From Anthoceros angustus (taxonomy: Eukaryota > Plantae > Anthocerotophyta), in contig MU008194.1 of the NCBI GenBank assembly GCA_010909165.1, positions 186,001 to 250,000 of the forward strand: a stretch of DNA of 64,000 nucleotides, written 5' to 3'. The notes under the pieces were generated by a model. That model was given only the letters and a program-made list of their open reading frames with translations, searched no databases and had not been told where the DNA came from. Position numbers and translations under genes: made by a program. Of the stretch, positions 61,001 through 64,000 are shown piece by piece (positions within the stretch are counted from its first letter, which is position 1; each line of letters starts with the position of its first letter).

Positions 61001-62699
61001 TGCAACAGCTCGGCGCCGCGCGCCCGCGGCCGCGCCCGCGGCGCTGCGCCGCGCGCCCTGCGGCGCCCGGCGCCGCGCCCGCGGCCGCGCGCTGCGGCGC
61101 CGCGCTGCGCCGCGCCGCGCCGCGCGCTGCGGCGCCGCGCGGCCCGCGGCGCGCGCCCGCGGCCCGCGCCGCGCGCCGCGCGCCAGCGGCTTCGCGGCGC
61201 CGCGCGTCCGCGGCTGGCGCGCCGCGCGCCACCGCGCTGCGGCGCCGCGCGCCGCGCGCCGCGCGCCGCGCGCCGCGCTGCGCCGCGCCAGCGCCGCGCC
61301 GCGCGCCCGCGGCTGGCGCGCCAGCGCCCGCGGCGCTGCGGCGCCGCGCCGCGCTGGCGCGCGCCCGCGGCTGGCGTCAAGGCCGCGGCCCGCGGCCCGC
61401 GGCGCGCGCGCGCCGCGCCGCGCGCTGCGGCGCCGCGCTGCGGCGCCGCGCGCGCCGCGCGCCCTGCGGCCAAGGCTGCGCGCCCGCGGCGCTGCGGCGC
61501 CGCGCGCCCGCGGCCCGCGGCTGGCGCGCCGCGCTGCGGCCGCGCGTCGGCGCCGCGCTGCGGCGGCGCGCGCCGCGCTGCGGCGCCGCGCCAGCGCCCG
61601 CGGCCGCGCCGCGCTGCGGCGCCGCGCGCTGCGCGCCGCGCTGGTCGCGGTCTTGCCTCGCTCACGGCCTCATCCGCTCGCGGCTGCGCGCCCGCGGCCC
61701 TCGCCGCGATCTGGATCATGCACTCCGCAGCTGCGGCCTGCGGACTAGACTATTCCACGAATATTTTGCGAATATTTGGAATTTTACGCTCACCGGCGTT
61801 TGGCACTCGGTCACTTCTGCGCCCGGCGACCTACCCGCGTCACGCGGCGCTGCGCCGCGCGCGCCGCGCCAGCGCCGCGCCAGCGCCGCGCGCCAGCGCC
61901 GCGCCGCGCCAGCGCCCGCGGCCGCGCCAGCGCCCGCGGCTGGCGCGCGCCTTGCAACACGCGCCGCGCGCCCTGCAACAGCTCGGCGCCGCGCGCCCGC
62001 GGCCGCGCCCGCGGCGCTGCGCCGCGCTGCGGCGCCCGCGGCGCGCGCCGCGCGCCGCGCCCGCGGCCGCGCGCTGCGGCGCCGCGCTGCGCCGCGCCGC
62101 GCCGCGCGCCGCGCCAGCGCCGCGCTGCGGCCGCGCGCCCCATGGGGCGCCGCGCGCCCGCCAGCGCCCGCGGCTGGCGCTGCGCCCGCGGCTGGCGCGC
62201 CAGCGCCGCGCGCTGCGGCGCCGCGCTGCGCGCCGCGCGCTGCGGCGCCGCGCCAGCGCCGCGCTGCGCCAGCGCCAAGGTCGCGGTCTTGCCTCGCTCA
62301 CGGCCTCATCCGCTCGCGGCATCTTTGCGGCGCGTGCTCGCCGCGATCTGGATCATATGCTCCACGGTACAGCGCCGGCCATTGACCCGGCCTGCGGCCT
62401 AGAGTTCTAGCATCACAACACAACCAAAACCGGCTCGATGCGGTTGAAGGATCGTGGGGCATGATGGTGGAAAGAGGAGAGGAGAGGAGGAGGCAAGTGT
62501 AGCTCTCTCACATTGAGATGAGGCTTGGAGGGTATTTATACCTCCAATAGGGCTCCTAGGAAGCTCCACAAGAAGCCCCTAGGAAGGAGCACAAGAAGCT
62601 TCCTAGTAATTAGCTTAAGCTAAACTAATGATACTTAACTGACACCTAACTTAGACTAAGTGTATTAGTCTAAGTACATTGGGCTTTAATACCCTTACA
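58090..62699 (-). mobile_element. 5' half of a Copia element of the same LTR family as 4877-8207 (LTR, GC-repeat leader, gag, PR, IN start)
   Basis: LTR 62445-62699 is the reverse complement of 4877-5136. Degenerate PBS ACCGCATCGAGCC follows. Gag starts near 59703 (NIEKLDGTNF). WIIDS protease; LELVHG and IDDFSRKVWV, LRTDNGGEYVS integrase motifs. Confidence 0.85.
59845..62400. repeat. Almost pure G/C tandem array (about 970-bp period, about 2.7 units) in the Copia leader
   Basis: Long runs of GCGCC/CCGCG/GCGCT words. AT-containing anchors GGTCGCGGTCTTGCCTCGCTCACGGCCTCATCCGCTCGCGG at about 60670, 61642, 62279 and AATATTTTGCGAATATTT at about 59791, 60789, 61760. Confidence 0.85.
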
Positions 62700-63670
62700 C
62701 TCCGGGCTGCCATCCTCCGAGGAAGAGTCCTCCGAGTCTGAATCTTGAGAGGAGTCACTCTCCTCTGAAGATTCTTCCTTCGACGACGAAGATCCCTTGT
62801 TAATCTTCCCTCGCTTGGACTTCTTCTTCTTGCTCTTTTCCTTCTTGTGCTTCTTCTTGTCCAAGGAGTTGGATTCTTCGTAGTTGAGTGCCGCCTTGAT
62901 GGCCTTGTCTACGTCCTTCTCCGCTTGCAGCCTCACATGTCGGCCCATCTCGGAACCTAAACCTTTAGCAAACCACCGAATGGCTTGTAAATCAGAGTGA
63001 GGGCCACTACGGTCACGCAAGTTAAGAAACCTCTCAACATAAGCCTCCAAGGTCTCCTTCCTTCTTCTCCTCAAAACTCCAACTTTGACAACACGTAGCC
63101 TTCTACATCTATCCCCCTGAACCTCTCACAAAGGCTTTCTTGATTCGTTGAAGGTTCAGCCTTTTGAGGTACTCCTCTTGTACCACTTGGCTGGCCCTCC
63201 GAAGAACTCCGTAGAAGCGTTGAATGCGCAGAAATCCCTGCATTCCTCGATTTGCAATGGTTAGTTGCTCAAAGCGTTCAACAAACTCTGGATCTTCATA
63301 CCCCTTCTTCTCTCCATACAAAGGTATGGGTCAGTAGTCATTGCAAAAGGAACCTGAAGTCATGACGTGCTATCCCAAAGAATCGCTTGTTGGTCTAGCA
63401 ACAGGGATCTCTCTAGCAACGCCCAAAAGTTGCCGAGTTCACGCAGTCGCACAAGTTCAAAGACGAGGTCGGAAGACAAGGATGGTCTCCCTAGGCAGCT
63501 GTTTGCTTCTTGGCTCCTCCCCCAGTATCGTTTCTTGTGCTCTCCTCGCCTCCTGCCCCGCAGCCCTTCGCCTCGCCTCCACAACGTTTTGTCTCTGTCG
63601 GAGTCTTCTTCTTTGAGTCTTCTCTTCACGGCTGGGTCAGAACTTTCGGACTCAATGGGTAGCATCCATG
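62700..63670 (-). mobile_element. Gypsy-type gag fragment interrupted by the Copia LTR
   Basis: YGEKKGYEDPE.FVERFEQL and RRRKETLEAYVERFLNLRDRSG...AIRWFAKGL...DKAIKAALNYE retrotransposon-gag motifs. The ORF runs into the LTR boundary at 62699/62700. Confidence 0.75.
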
Positions 63671-64000
63671 TATCACACTCAAGACCCCTAATACACTACT
63701 AGACAAGGTTAGTCTACTCTAAGGTCTTGACAACAATGACACTCAAGAACGCCCAAAATGTGGAGTGATTTTCTAAACCAAGTGGTCACAAAGAGGCCAC
63801 ATTTACCCTCTTTATCGCTAGACTTGAGACTCTGCAAAAGGAGTGATTTCGTGTCAAGACAACCAAAACATAGCCAATCCAACCAAACGCATACACACCA
63901 AACATCTAGACCAAAGCATTATCCTAACAACACTGCAGGCTATCTTAGCCACCTGTTGCTGCACTTGGTTGCTATCTTAGCAACCACCCTCTATTTTAGC

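Noticed and set aside
59707-62410. Very long Ala/Arg/Pro-rich ORFs (up to 861 aa) in several frames
   Set aside because: They arise because an almost A/T-free sequence cannot form stop codons. All frames on both strands are open and there is no domain signal.

Overview
Plant nuclear DNA. A lycophyte such as Selaginella is my inference from the very short GT-AG introns, GC-rich exons, PPR debris and tRNA-Gly; the sequence does not prove it. The left two thirds holds host genes among transposon remnants: two inverted root-cap/LEA-like paralogues, a VIT1/CCC1-family transporter, a class I/II-like PI3K gene with a degenerate catalytic centre, a secreted DUF26/Gnk2 protein, tRNA-Gly(TCC), an F-box gene and several orphan ORFs. 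The right third is a nest of retroelements: a chromovirus-type Gypsy, two Copia fragments (one with an almost pure G/C tandemly amplified leader) and a Gypsy gag. The strongest candidate for an undescribed system is a frameshifted minus-strand gene at about 46.9-49.2 kb. It encodes a ParB-like domain followed by a beta-class N4C/N6A DNA methyltransferase, a phage-like architecture, and sits in mobile-element sequence. Second is the PI3K pseudokinase of a class generally absent from flowering plants. Single-base indels are common, so some frameshifts may be consensus errors. All family assignments are by-eye motif recognition, not database searches.
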